Source: a virus
DNA length: 50,347 nucleotides
Reading direction: 5' to 3' (one strand)
IMG/VR virus record: IMGVR_UViG_3300045988_092645
Span: 1-50,347 of that record
Shown: one piece after another, positions 41,485-50,347 of the stretch
Layout of the letters: every line of letters starts with the position of its first letter
Position numbering within the stretch: position 1 is the first letter of the stretch
The notes under the pieces: generated by a model
Databases searched by the model: none
Told to the model about the DNA's origin: nothing
The model's input: the letters and a program-made list of their open reading frames with translations, nothing else
Translations under genes and position numbers: made by a program

Positions 41485-42132
41485 TTAATCTAATTTTGAA
41501 ACTTCTGTTGATTTTCTTCCACTCATAACGGTAGGAGAATTTTGTTCAGCACTTCTTGTACCTGCATCAGATGCTGTTGTAAACCCTGTCGGTAATTCAT
41601 CCACATAACTAATCTTATATGGTGCCTGACCTTTCTTTGGTGCTGAATTGATTGTATATTCTGGTACTCTAAATACATCATCCTCACTGTTCAAAACAAC
41701 TGGCGTTCCTTGACAATTTGGGTAAGTAATTAATTCATACTTAACAATTTGTCCAGAACTATCATATACTGCGGAATAACAATCTAAATCAAACACTTCT
41801 CCTTTATCTGTACTGCCTGCGGCTGGCGGCTCATATGTTGGGTAACCATCTAAATTATCTCCAACTGTTCCACCCTGAAAAATCTTAACAACGTCTGGAA
41901 TAAACACATTATCTGTTAACGTAATTTTGTGCCCTGTAATTGTTGTTGTTGCCGGTTTTTGTGCAATCAATTTTCCCAACTTAACTAATTTTATTGCATC
42001 GCTTTCCTCTGTTTGCGCTTCAACTGCAATCTTATTAGCTGTATCAACTGCAATTTCGACTGCTGTTGTTCTAACGACAGCAAGCGATACATCTATTGTT
42101 GGGATTCCTTTTGCGGCTTTTTTTGTTGCCAT
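41485..42132 (-). CDS. major tail protein
   Basis: Position, size and a strong AAGGAGGG RBS. Confidence 0.55.
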   Translation of the reverse strand: MATKKAAKGIPTIDVSLAVVRTTAVEIAVDTANKIAVEAQTEESDAIKLVKLGKLIAQKPATTTITGHKITLTDNVFIPDVVKIFQGGTVGDNLDGYPTYEPPAAGSTDKGEVFDLDCYSAVYDSSGQIVKYELITYPNCQGTPVVLNSEDDVFRVPEYTINSAPKKGQAPYKISYVDELPTGFTTASDAGTRSAEQNSPTVMSGRKSTEVSKLD

Positions 42133-42144
42133 ACTTTACCCTCC

Positions 42145-42513
42145 TTACAAATTCCAATTCTTAATTTTTCTTGCTCCATAATATTGGAAACTAATCATAT
42201 GCCCCTTGACACTATCATCATAATAGCTTGGTGTTTCATTTCCTAGATACATGACTAACGGAAAAATATCTTTCATTGTTCTTTTTATTTCCAGAACAAA
42301 ATTCTCTAACTCTGAATAACTCTGTTCTGGAACATAACACATAATTGTGTAAATTGGTCTTTCAGACGAAACTGTTAATGGCTGATATGCTCCATCATGT
42401 TTTATAACAACATATTTTGATATGCACTCTCCTTTGTGTTGTGATGGAAAATACACATCAAAATTATTTTGTTTTAATAAATCATAAATTTGTTTTGATA
42501 CTTCTTTTGCCAT
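42145..42513 (-). CDS. tail completion / tail terminator-like protein
   Basis: Called from synteny only. Confidence 0.35.
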   Translation of the reverse strand: MAKEVSKQIYDLLKQNNFDVYFPSQHKGECISKYVVIKHDGAYQPLTVSSERPIYTIMCYVPEQSYSELENFVLEIKRTMKDIFPLVMYLGNETPSYYDDSVKGHMISFQYYGARKIKNWNL

Positions 42514-42516
42514 CTT

Positions 42517-42864
42517 CTACCTCAAATGTCCTAACAGCCTTGTAAATCCATTTAAAATTTCTGGACTTACGTTCTGCACTGTTTCTTGTAAAATTGCATA
42601 TCTACGTTCATGTGCCAATTCTAACCACTTACCATAATCAACACCATGGCTGATATAGATTCTTGTTTTGTCACTGCCTGTTTCAACAAAACCTGTTAAC
42701 CTTTGTACTGCATGACCTGTTCTATTTGTCCATCTTTTATGTGTCTTTGCATAATTCTGAAACTTTTTTGCTCCCTCTGTTGCAAACATTTTTATAGCAA
42801 TCTGCGATTTTGTTTGTGCTTGTGCTAAATTGTTTAACAACTCATCTGCTTTAATTCTTACCAT
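42517..42864 (-). CDS. HK97 gp10-family head-tail joining protein
   Basis: KTHKRWTNRTGHAVQRLTG pattern. The ATG at 42864 overlaps the upstream stop. Confidence 0.5.
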   Translation of the reverse strand: MVRIKADELLNNLAQAQTKSQIAIKMFATEGAKKFQNYAKTHKRWTNRTGHAVQRLTGFVETGSDKTRIYISHGVDYGKWLELAHERRYAILQETVQNVSPEILNGFTRLLGHLR

Positions 42865-43225
42865 TAACAACCAACTCCAATGATATGTCACACACAATGT
42901 TATACATTTGTATATTATTTTTCTCAATAACCTTATATCTATTTGAACCAATTTCTAAAATATGCCCATTCTGTATAAGTTCTGAATCCTCATACCTTAA
43001 TAATAACAATGGTTGACCTTTTGAATGTGTTTTTGTTCCATCTGAAATATTTTCTGTTATATAACCCTTTGATGTGTGGAAAAGTCCTCTTACATCAACG
43101 ATACTCTTTTGTTCTCCTGTTGGCTTTCCATATTCATCACAAACTAATTCGTTTATGTGATATGTTTCACCATGCATCTGTATTTCTCTTACAATCTTGT
43201 ATAGTTCAAATTTCAAATTTCTCAT
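42851..43225 (-). CDS. head closure / head-tail adaptor protein
   Basis: Called from synteny. Confidence 0.4.
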   Translation of the reverse strand: MRNLKFELYKIVREIQMHGETYHINELVCDEYGKPTGEQKSIVDVRGLFHTSKGYITENISDGTKTHSKGQPLLLLRYEDSELIQNGHILEIGSNRYKVIEKNNIQMYNIVCDISLELVVNGKN

Positions 43226-43476
43226 AACAATGTACCTGTATTTGGTGTTACATATTTCTGTGCTAACATTTTAAAGTAAGAAGAAGAATCTTTTGTTGAG
43301 ATTCCACTAACGTCTAAACCTGTTGTTTCTGCCTTTAAAATTAAACACTCATAACTTGCCTTTCTTACATCCCCATTGTTCTTTTCTAAATAATAAACTA
43401 ATTCTTCATCAGAAAAGTAAGGGATTATGTTTTCCCTTACATTCATTTTTAACTCTTTCAGTGCATCCATAAACAC
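43222..43476 (-). CDS. head-tail connector (gp6-like)
   Basis: Called from synteny and size. Confidence 0.4.
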   Translation of the reverse strand: MFMDALKELKMNVRENIIPYFSDEELVYYLEKNNGDVRKASYECLILKAETTGLDVSGISTKDSSSYFKMLAQKYVTPNTGTLL

Positions 43477-43485
43477 ATAACCTTT

Positions 43486-43812
43486 TTACAATTTTGCTTC
43501 TTTAACTGCTCTCTGGATAATTCTTCTTGCTTCTGCTACGTTTTTAGCACTCTTTGTATTTATATTATGAACCTTTGCAAATCTCATAAGTTGTTCTTTA
43601 TTCATTTCACTAATTGGAATAGATTCAATATCTTCTGAATCTTCTTCGATAATATTTTGTTCAACAACTTCATGCTCTGGTTCTTCAACTTCTTCTGTCT
43701 TCATACTACCGCCAACAATTATGTAACCTAATCTTTTGTATTTGTTTTCATATTGTTTCATGGTAACCTTTAATATATTAGGTTTTGTTGGTTTTCTAAT
43801 TGTTACAAACAT
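43486..43812 (-). CDS. Rho-N/HeH-motif protein downstream of the capsid gene
   Basis: MNKEQLMRFAKVHNINTKSAKNVAEARRIIQRAV preceded by an acidic stretch. Confidence 0.5.
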   Translation of the reverse strand: MFVTIRKPTKPNILKVTMKQYENKYKRLGYIIVGGSMKTEEVEEPEHEVVEQNIIEEDSEDIESIPISEMNKEQLMRFAKVHNINTKSAKNVAEARRIIQRAVKEAKL

Positions 43813-43827
43813 TTTTACTCCCCCTTC

Positions 43828-44865
43828 CTAAACTTGGTCAACGGAATAAATAAACACTTGGTCGGCTGTTGGAAAATCTGGTAAACAAATCTGTGTAACT
43901 TTTGTTTCAACATTTACTGGGTCTTCCTTTGCCATTGTTGTAACCGCAACTCCTGTATCAGTAATCTTAACATTGGAAGCCGCTAAAGACATAAGGTCGG
44001 ATTCTTCTGGTGTTGTTCCGAACCATGTCTGCCCTAAATTTCCACTTGGGAATAAAACAAAAACATCATCCTCAACATATCTCTGTACAGCTCCGCTTTC
44101 ATCAACATACTTCTTATCATTAACTGCGATTTCAATGCTTAATTCATCAAGAATAAACTGCTTAATTTTCGCATCTGATAAAAAACCTTCTCCATCTGTA
44201 AGAACAAAAATTGATTTCTTAATTTCTGTATTCTTTCTGAAATACCCCATAACTGTTGACGATGTAACTGCTCTTGTTACCTCAACTCCTGTATCCTCAA
44301 GAATCTTATCCTTTGCTGTTCTAATATCCGTAAGAATTGATGCCGAAGGGTCGCTCCAAACTTTTGTTACATTACTCTTGTGGTCTTCTGGCATTCCATA
44401 ATCATACTCATAAACCTGTCCATTACCCTCCATAGCAATAGCACCTGTTGTAAGAGCCATCATTCTCATACGCTCTCTCTGTGCCGCCGCACCTTTTAAC
44501 AATTCCATTTCATCATCAAAAATCATATTAACAATGGAATCAACAATACTCTGATTTCCTGTTTCAATGACTTTGTTTAACTCCTGCCGCATTTCTTCAT
44601 CGACATATTTTGACTCTTTGAAGAATGGCATTTCTGCGGATAATTTCTCAAATCCGATTCTTGGTCTTGGAATTGCCGATGCATCAAAAGCACTTGGCTT
44701 TAAAACAATCGGTAAACCTTTTGCACCTTTTAACCACTGTAATTTTAATCCTAATTTTTTATTGTTTGGGAATAACTCCTGCCCCATGTAAGGTTCTAAA
44801 TTCTGTTGTAATAATTCCCAATAGGCGACAATCTCGCCACTGATAATTAAATCAAAAATTGACAT
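43828..44865 (-). CDS. major capsid protein (lambda gpE-like family)
   Basis: N-terminal ...GQELFPNNKKLGLKLQWLKG...LPIVLKPSAFDA...RPRIGF and C-terminal VFVLFPSGNLGQTWFGTTPEE are colinear with gpE-type capsids. AGGAGG RBS at 44865. Confidence 0.75.
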   Translation of the reverse strand: MSIFDLIISGEIVAYWELLQQNLEPYMGQELFPNNKKLGLKLQWLKGAKGLPIVLKPSAFDASAIPRPRIGFEKLSAEMPFFKESKYVDEEMRQELNKVIETGNQSIVDSIVNMIFDDEMELLKGAAAQRERMRMMALTTGAIAMEGNGQVYEYDYGMPEDHKSNVTKVWSDPSASILTDIRTAKDKILEDTGVEVTRAVTSSTVMGYFRKNTEIKKSIFVLTDGEGFLSDAKIKQFILDELSIEIAVNDKKYVDESGAVQRYVEDDVFVLFPSGNLGQTWFGTTPEESDLMSLAASNVKITDTGVAVTTMAKEDPVNVETKVTQICLPDFPTADQVFIYSVDQV

Positions 44866-44876
44866 CTTATTTCCTC

Positions 44877-45275
44877 CTAACAAGCGATGAATTTAATCAT
44901 CGGTAATGCTTTCTTTACCTGTTCTGTAATCTTTGCTTTTGTTGTTGCATCAATACGATTTGTATTAACAAACCCAAAAATCAAAAGCGTTCCGTTTGCA
45001 TCCCCTGTCGTTACATCCACATCATGCAAAAGAACCCCAACGGCATTTGATGGATTAGAACTATCTCCTGCACTTGCCGCTGTAAACGCTGTTGTTCTGT
45101 TATCAAGGTTACCAGTTAATGGTGTACCTGCCTTAACAATTTTTCTTCCTAAACTGTCAGCCGTTGCCACTGAATCATCAACAACAATCCCAACTGACTC
45201 TTGCAATTCTACATTTTTAAGAATCTGCGTAATGTTTCCATACTTCTCTGTTTTAATTCCTGTTTGATTAAACAT
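44877..45275 (-). CDS. head decoration protein (gpD-like position)
   Basis: AGGAGGG RBS at 45275. KAGTPLTG...AVGVLLHDVD pattern. Lies directly upstream of the gpE-like capsid gene. Confidence 0.5.
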   Translation of the reverse strand: MFNQTGIKTEKYGNITQILKNVELQESVGIVVDDSVATADSLGRKIVKAGTPLTGNLDNRTTAFTAASAGDSSNPSNAVGVLLHDVDVTTGDANGTLLIFGFVNTNRIDATTKAKITEQVKKALPMIKFIAC

Positions 45276-45288
45276 TTTGTTTACCCTC

Positions 45289-45924
45289 CTAACTATGTGA
45301 AAAATAACTATTTTTTGTTGTTTGTTTTCTTGCAAACAATCTCTGTGCAAGACTTCCCTCTGTTCCCTCTCCGTTTTCTTCCTTCTGTTTTTTCTCCTGC
45401 ATTTTTGAATTTGTTCTTGTTACTGTTCTTCTCTTTTTATCCTCTTTCTTTTCTTCCTCTGAAACAAAATAAACAGAACCACTATTGCTCTTTTTAATTT
45501 CCTCGATAACATCAAGAATCTTTTTATCTTCTGTTGCCTTTGACTTAGCAACAATCACTAAATCATCAACTAAATCTGGTTTTGCTCCTAATGTAATAGC
45601 GGCAAGCTTCGCTTCTGCAATATCAGCACGCTCCTTTTCCTCAACAAGTCTCTTTGTAAGAGCTTTATTAGAATCATTTGCTTTTTCTAAGTCTGTCTTT
45701 TTATTTTCCTGCTCTTGCTGATATTTGCTCACAATTGTCTGTAAATCTTCTTTGCTGTCCACACCTAAAGCGGCTAAGATTTCATTTACACCCTGCTTCT
45801 TTGTTTCCTCAACATTAATTTTATTTGTTTCGATTTTGTTTTCTTTCTGCTCTGTATTCACTTCTGTTTTGTTTTCTTCTGCATTTGTTTCTTCATTTGG
45901 ATTTGTTTTATTTTCTTCCATCAT
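45289..45924 (-). CDS. scaffolding protein
   Basis: Acidic, coiled-coil, Lys/Glu-rich. Lies upstream of the decoration and capsid genes. Confidence 0.6.
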   Translation of the reverse strand: MMEENKTNPNEETNAEENKTEVNTEQKENKIETNKINVEETKKQGVNEILAALGVDSKEDLQTIVSKYQQEQENKKTDLEKANDSNKALTKRLVEEKERADIAEAKLAAITLGAKPDLVDDLVIVAKSKATEDKKILDVIEEIKKSNSGSVYFVSEEEKKEDKKRRTVTRTNSKMQEKKQKEENGEGTEGSLAQRLFARKQTTKNSYFSHS

Positions 45925-46222
45925 TATTCTCCTTTTTTATATTTGCTTTTATTTTTGCTTCTTCTTGTTTCAACATTTCCACAAGAAAAGCTCGTTCTCT
46001 TTCTTTTTTCATCCTTACACTTTCATCGGGATTATGATTCAGTGTTTCCAAGACTGTTTTAATTCTCAGTCTTAAACTTTTTGTTTTATTGTTGTCATAT
46101 GCTACAGTGTACTCTCTACTGCATTTCGGACACTTAAAATAAGTTATCTCATATGCTCCTACCTTTTTGTTTTTAAGTTTAATTTTAAACTCTTTCTTAC
46201 ACCCATCACATATTACTCTCAT
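45908..46222 (-). CDS. zinc-ribbon protein (paralog of 46237..46602)
   Basis: CDGC...CPKC followed by a basic helical tail. Confidence 0.5.
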   Translation of the reverse strand: MRVICDGCKKEFKIKLKNKKVGAYEITYFKCPKCSREYTVAYDNNKTKSLRLRIKTVLETLNHNPDESVRMKKERERAFLVEMLKQEEAKIKANIKKENNDGRK

Positions 46223-46236
46223 ATTATAGCACCTCT

Positions 46237-46602
46237 TTAACTTTCTGTCAATACTTTTTCTACTTCTTTTTTATATTTTTCTAATAATTTTTCTCTCTTT
46301 TTATCTAATGATTCTGTCAATCGAATTCTTTTAGAATTTAATTTCTTTCCTACCTTGCCACCCTCTCTTTTTGTTTCTACTGCCTGTATAATTGTTCTTG
46401 ATAATGATTCTTTTATTTTTAATGTTTCTTTATTATCAATCTGTACAACTACTATTGATTTACATTCTAAACAAACAAAATATATTATATTTAAAACATT
46501 CCCCTCACCCTTTCTACAAACAACTACTTCCTTCTGTTTTAGATTTCCTTTTCCAACTACGTTATTATGTTTGCACTTATCACACATTACATTTGTATTC
46601 AT
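46237..46602 (-). CDS. zinc-ribbon protein (paralog of 45908..46222)
   Basis: CDKC...CLEC followed by a basic helical tail. Confidence 0.5.
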   Translation of the reverse strand: MNTNVMCDKCKHNNVVGKGNLKQKEVVVCRKGEGNVLNIIYFVCLECKSIVVVQIDNKETLKIKESLSRTIIQAVETKREGGKVGKKLNSKRIRLTESLDKKREKLLEKYKKEVEKVLTES

Positions 46603-46604
46603 CT

Positions 46605-47591
46605 TTATTCTCCCATAAAATCTAATGCATATTTATCTATGTCTGGATATGTTCCTGTAGGTGAATTATACCATTTACCTATTTTGTCAGCTATTGTACT
46701 CATATCATCTGGTATATATGCTTCAAATGTACACATACCATTTGGATGGTCTAATGGCAATTCATCTTTCTGGAATAACCTTCCATCACGACTTAAACAC
46801 AACTGACAAGTTCTACCATGTTGCCCCGAACTATGCCATATATACCCTTTTACAAATGGGTCGTTTTTATTTACCATTTCAAAACTTTGTTGATATGCAT
46901 GGCTTATCATTGTTCTAGCCAACCTTTGTGCATTATAATCTACATTTCCAAAATAAAATGTTTTTTGTCTTCCTTCTGGTATTCTGTTTCCATCTTTATC
47001 TAAAACAAGTTTACCCTTGCTATCTCTTTTATATTGTTGGAACTTAATTACTTTGCTTTTCTTTGCCTGTTGTGGGTTAACATACTGCTCTAAATCTCTA
47101 GCAATATCATAAGCACTTTTACCATACTTTGTTCCATTCGCTATGATTCTCTCAAGCTTTGTATTAAAATCTCTTGTATGCCCCCATATGGCTTTAGATA
47201 ACGTCCAATTCCCTTTATATACATCACCAGAAATAATTCTTTTTACAATCGTATCTGGAACATAATAAAAAGCTTGCTCTATATCCTTAAATCCACATTT
47301 ACTTAAGAACTTTCTTGTATCTTCTACCACCACCCTTGATGTATCTCTAACGCTGTTTTTTATTTCTGTTTTCAATTCCTTATCAATTTGTTTTATCTGT
47401 TGTTCTATCTCTCGCTTTAACATAATCAACTGGACTTTTTCCAATTTGCTATGCTTACCTATCTTCTTTAATTTCTTAGACACATCCTTATACATATCTA
47501 AATAAAGTTGATATATTTGTTTTTCCTGTTTCTTTGTTAATGTTCTTCTAATTTCCTCAGCCGACTTTAAATCAAATTTTTGTCGTGCCAT
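46605..47591 (-). CDS. head morphogenesis protein (SPP1 gp7 / Mu F-like)
   Basis: NAQRLARTMISHAYQQS, WHSSGQHGRTCQLCLSRDGRLF, LDHPNGMCTF. The ATG at 47591 follows AAAGGUGG. Confidence 0.8.
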   Translation of the reverse strand: MARQKFDLKSAEEIRRTLTKKQEKQIYQLYLDMYKDVSKKLKKIGKHSKLEKVQLIMLKREIEQQIKQIDKELKTEIKNSVRDTSRVVVEDTRKFLSKCGFKDIEQAFYYVPDTIVKRIISGDVYKGNWTLSKAIWGHTRDFNTKLERIIANGTKYGKSAYDIARDLEQYVNPQQAKKSKVIKFQQYKRDSKGKLVLDKDGNRIPEGRQKTFYFGNVDYNAQRLARTMISHAYQQSFEMVNKNDPFVKGYIWHSSGQHGRTCQLCLSRDGRLFQKDELPLDHPNGMCTFEAYIPDDMSTIADKIGKWYNSPTGTYPDIDKYALDFMGE

Positions 47592-47658
47592 TTCACCACC
47601 TTTTGTTTCCCCTTTCTTTTGATTATATATTAACACAACATTTATTATTTGTTAATAA

Positions 47659-49239
47659 CTATTCTTCCAATTTCTGATTTATTTCTTCTTCTTCAACTTG
47701 CTTATTTACTTCAATGTCTGCCCCCTTTTCCTGTGTTCTATCCTCTAAAACAGGATTTGCAATCGCTCCATCAAACATACTCTTTTCATAGACAATCTGT
47801 AAAATTTCTTCATCAATTTGTTGGTCAGTTATCAAATCCTCATGTCTATGCTTTTTAAGATATGATTTTACAGAACGTAAATTATTTTGCACCTCTTCCA
47901 TGTCAGAAGACTTTTCTTCCAGTTCATCATCCAATAACGCATACTTTTCATTAATCACAATATCGTATTCAACATCATTTAACTGTGGAATCTCATAAAT
48001 TGTTTTTGTCATGTCTTTGTTTAGTAAAACAATTTCTAAAACAAATTTTATTATGTTTTCTATTGCAGGTTTCCATGTTTTAAATTTTTCATCGCATCGA
48101 ACCATCAAAGAATAATATAAGGCTTTGATTGATTTACCACTTGTAATTGTTCCCACTAATGTTTCCTCTGAAATATTTGGAATATCAAATTCATTGTACA
48201 TTTCAGAATTGATTCTGTCAAGCGTATTCTTTAACGCTTCTGTATGCCCCATATCGGGTGACAATGTTCCAATCATTGGAGTTGGTTCGTCCAAATTCAT
48301 ATTATGTTCTAAATCCCAATAAGAGCCTGCGGAAGAACTAAGATTCTTTGTTGTTTCTCTGCTCATGTCTACGGTATATCTAATCGGATTCATTCCCTTT
48401 CTAACACAATCTACATCTGCATTTGCTAACTTACTGTAAGTTGCTTCTCCTTCTTCCAACTGTCTAACCTCTGACATACCTCTTTTATTCATTAATGTTC
48501 CATCATTAATAATAATCGCCACAGGTATTTGTTTTAAATCTGTTTTATGTTCCTCAATTAACTGCTCCGATAAAACCCCCGAACCTTTATATATTGCAGA
48601 ATTCATATAAACAGCACTATTGCGAACGGTATATTCATTCACCAAATACAATGAACCTCCAACTGTTACATCCTGCTCAACACATTCAAACGAAACAAAT
48701 TTGATTAACTTATTTGTTCCATACTGGTACTCATAATAAAACTGTAAACTATTATAAAAATGAATTGCGATTCCATCTTCTTCTGAATAGTCTACCAATG
48801 CGGCTACTCTTTTAGCAATAAAACAATCCTTCGCACTTTGTAACAAAAGATTTGAAAAGCCACTATTTTTTAATACCTCATTTACTACTGTTTGTAGATA
48901 CTCAGCATCCTGCAAACTCTTATCGTCTGTCAACCTTGCTTTTACTTTAATTTCTGGCTGTTGCGAAAACATAAATCTTGCTTCTTTATCAATTAATGTT
49001 TTTATCTTTTTAAACTTGTAATTTGATGGGATATAATCTCCCTTCGCTCCTTCTGGCTTAAAATCTGCCCCAAACTGATAATCTAAAAAATATTGAATTA
49101 ACTCATAGACCTCATTTCTATAAATGTTTCCTCTATCTCCTTTGATAAAATTTCCAAAAATAAAATATGGAAATGTTTTAGCGGCAATCAAACAATCATT
49201 TGACTTTTGTTTTTCCAATCCTATTACATCAATATTCAT
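47659..49239 (-). CDS. portal protein
   Basis: 526 aa, directly upstream of the Mu F-like gene, AAAGGAG RBS, acidic C-terminus. Confidence 0.65.
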   Translation of the reverse strand: MNIDVIGLEKQKSNDCLIAAKTFPYFIFGNFIKGDRGNIYRNEVYELIQYFLDYQFGADFKPEGAKGDYIPSNYKFKKIKTLIDKEARFMFSQQPEIKVKARLTDDKSLQDAEYLQTVVNEVLKNSGFSNLLLQSAKDCFIAKRVAALVDYSEEDGIAIHFYNSLQFYYEYQYGTNKLIKFVSFECVEQDVTVGGSLYLVNEYTVRNSAVYMNSAIYKGSGVLSEQLIEEHKTDLKQIPVAIIINDGTLMNKRGMSEVRQLEEGEATYSKLANADVDCVRKGMNPIRYTVDMSRETTKNLSSSAGSYWDLEHNMNLDEPTPMIGTLSPDMGHTEALKNTLDRINSEMYNEFDIPNISEETLVGTITSGKSIKALYYSLMVRCDEKFKTWKPAIENIIKFVLEIVLLNKDMTKTIYEIPQLNDVEYDIVINEKYALLDDELEEKSSDMEEVQNNLRSVKSYLKKHRHEDLITDQQIDEEILQIVYEKSMFDGAIANPVLEDRTQEKGADIEVNKQVEEEEINQKLEE

Positions 49240-49297
49240 CTTTTATTACTCCTTTTATATCCATATACTACAATAGCACCCCAAAGGGTGCTAATTG

Positions 49298-50029
49298 CTA
49301 TTTTTTATATTTCTTTGCTTTGTTTAATGTTTCTTTTCCAAACTTACCATTCACAGTTAATTTAAACATTTTCTGCGCTTTCTCTTCTGCCTTTGCTGTA
49401 CTTTCTCCATATTTACCATCAATCTTCAAGTCGGCATCTACTAACCAATTAAGCAGTTCTTGTACTCTCTTAATCTGTGTCGGGTATTCTGTATATGTTT
49501 TATATCCATCACCAATCTGAAAGTATCCTCTTGGCGGCAATACAGGAAATACATCCTTATAGGTAGTTGGTTCAACTGCTTTTAAGAATAATGCCCTTTC
49601 GGCTTTTCTACGTCTTGTAAGACCTCTGTAAACCCTTCCACCTGCCTTGTTATAAGATAACATTTTCTCTGCAATCTGTTTCTTTGTTCTTGTTCCATTT
49701 GCTGTTAACATTTTAATGCTCCCAATGTTAAAACAAAAAGACACAAGTGCTTCAAATTCATTTTGATTCCAATGATAAATGTTATCATATTTATTAACTA
49801 AAGGCGAATATTTCTTTCTTAAAGATTCCAAAAGCCATTTGTTAGCGGTATCTTTTGTTATCCTCATACCACTTTTGATTGTTCTACCTGTGATACCCTT
49901 ATCAGAATTTGTGATACCATAACCGATTGTCCAAACTCCTACTTCGTCCCTGCAGGCTTTTAACTGACAACCTTCAAATTCTTTTACAATTTTCATTCCT
50001 TCGCCATTTGCTCTAAATGTTTTCATCAT
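49298..50029 (-). CDS. endolysin: GH24 lysozyme + peptidoglycan-binding domain
   Basis: IVKEFEGCQLKACRDEVGVWTIGYGIT (T4-lysozyme-like catalytic Glu region). C-terminal KIDGKYGESTAKAEEKAQKMF...VNGKFGKETL (PG_binding_1-like). Confidence 0.85.
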   Translation of the reverse strand: MMKTFRANGEGMKIVKEFEGCQLKACRDEVGVWTIGYGITNSDKGITGRTIKSGMRITKDTANKWLLESLRKKYSPLVNKYDNIYHWNQNEFEALVSFCFNIGSIKMLTANGTRTKKQIAEKMLSYNKAGGRVYRGLTRRRKAERALFLKAVEPTTYKDVFPVLPPRGYFQIGDGYKTYTEYPTQIKRVQELLNWLVDADLKIDGKYGESTAKAEEKAQKMFKLTVNGKFGKETLNKAKKYKK

Positions 50030-50252
50030 TAACACCTACTTCTGGAATGCCTGCAATACTTGTTAAAACACTCACAACACCTGCTACAACACTTGCAGAT
50101 ACTACCATCTTCCAGTCTACAGAACTAATTACCGTTCCTGCACCAATAACACCAACTGCTGTTTGTGCCATTGTTTTAATTGCTCTAACTCCTGTTGCCT
50201 TACACCACTTAATTGTATTCACATCTGGTTTAAATACACAATTCTTAAACAT
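50013..50252 (-). CDS. holin
   Basis: MFKNCVFKPDVNTIKWCKATGVRAIKTMAQTAVGVIGAG...VVAGVVSVLTSIAG has two TM segments. The ATG at 50252 is 8 nt after AAGGAG. The track start at 50300 lies inside the upstream gene. Confidence 0.75.
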   Translation of the reverse strand: MFKNCVFKPDVNTIKWCKATGVRAIKTMAQTAVGVIGAGTVISSVDWKMVVSASVVAGVVSVLTSIAGIPEVGVNDENI

Positions 50253-50347
50253 TATGTTTGTTCTCCTTTCCATTTTCTTGTTTACACATTTTAAAATCAT
50301 GTTTTAATTCCATGATTTCCTTCCCATGTATGTTTATTTCATCCCAT
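50245..50347 (-). CDS. C-terminal part of the junction-spanning gene annotated at 1..267
   Basis: The same frame continues ...WDEINIHGKEIMELKHDFKMCKQENGKENKHNV*. The stop at 50245..50247 overlaps the holin start (ATGTTTAA). Confidence 0.6.
   Translation of the reverse strand, partial: WDEINIHGKEIMELKHDFKMCKQENGKENKHNV
50293..50347. repeat. terminal overlap, copy 2 (identical to 1..55)
   Basis: 55/55 nt identity with the window start. Confidence 0.95.

Noticed and set aside
20-50307. All plus-strand ORFs in the six-frame track (60-182 aa; e.g. 20..271, 16029..16247, 40172..40720, 43973..44401).
   Set aside because: Each lies antisense to a well-supported minus-strand gene or inside a regulatory gap. 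Their translations are Phe/Leu/Ser/Cys/Ile-rich low-complexity strings typical of the reverse complement of AT-rich coding DNA. None has an RBS or a recognisable motif.
1-50347. Alternative genetic code or stop-codon reassignment (considered because the phage carries its own tRNAs).
   Set aside because: Long genes (1470-aa tape measure, 909-aa DnaE, 526-aa portal) read through uninterrupted in the standard code. The only split gene (terL) is explained by introns. The tRNA anticodons are CAU and UUG, not suppressors.
1-50347. CRISPR arrays, diversity-generating retroelement, integrase, repressor or attP, toxin-antitoxin pairs.
   Set aside because: No regularly spaced direct repeats were seen. 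There are no reverse-transcriptase motifs and no tyrosine or serine recombinase motifs. The only repeats found are the 55-bp end overlap and short regulatory motifs.

Overview
This window is a complete tailed-phage genome. The first 55 nt are identical to the last 55 nt, so the contig is circular or circularly permuted, with a unique length of 50,292 bp. It is AT-rich and siphovirus-like (TP901-type tape measure, Dit/Tal, lambda gpE-like capsid, SPP1-type portal), and probably infects a low-GC Bacillota host. Every credible gene is on the minus strand; all plus-strand ORFs in the track look like antisense shadows.

Modules in transcription order (high to low coordinates, wrapping at the origin):
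- Holin and endolysin.
- Portal, head and tail genes.
- An unusual low-complexity, Cys/Gly/Gln-rich cluster behind a small sigma-region-4 protein (32.5-29.4 kb).
- A replication/recombination module: DnaG primase, gp32-like SSB, DnaE-type polymerase, intein-containing RecA, Cas4-like nuclease, RuvC-like resolvase, RNase HI, AAA+ ATPase.
- A candidate small terminase.
- A ParB-like / DpdA-like / YhhQ module (8.7-6.8 kb).
- Two tRNAs.
- A terminase large subunit split into three exons by two HNH-bearing group I introns.
- A putative receptor-binding protein and a lysis accessory gene that crosses the contig junction.

The early/middle region is punctuated by 14 near-consensus TTGACA-N16/17-TATAAT promoters and several intrinsic terminators. 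Two promoter-to-hairpin units have no ORF.

I found no integrase, repressor, CRISPR array, reverse transcriptase or replicative helicase. All functional calls rest on motifs read by eye; no database search was possible.
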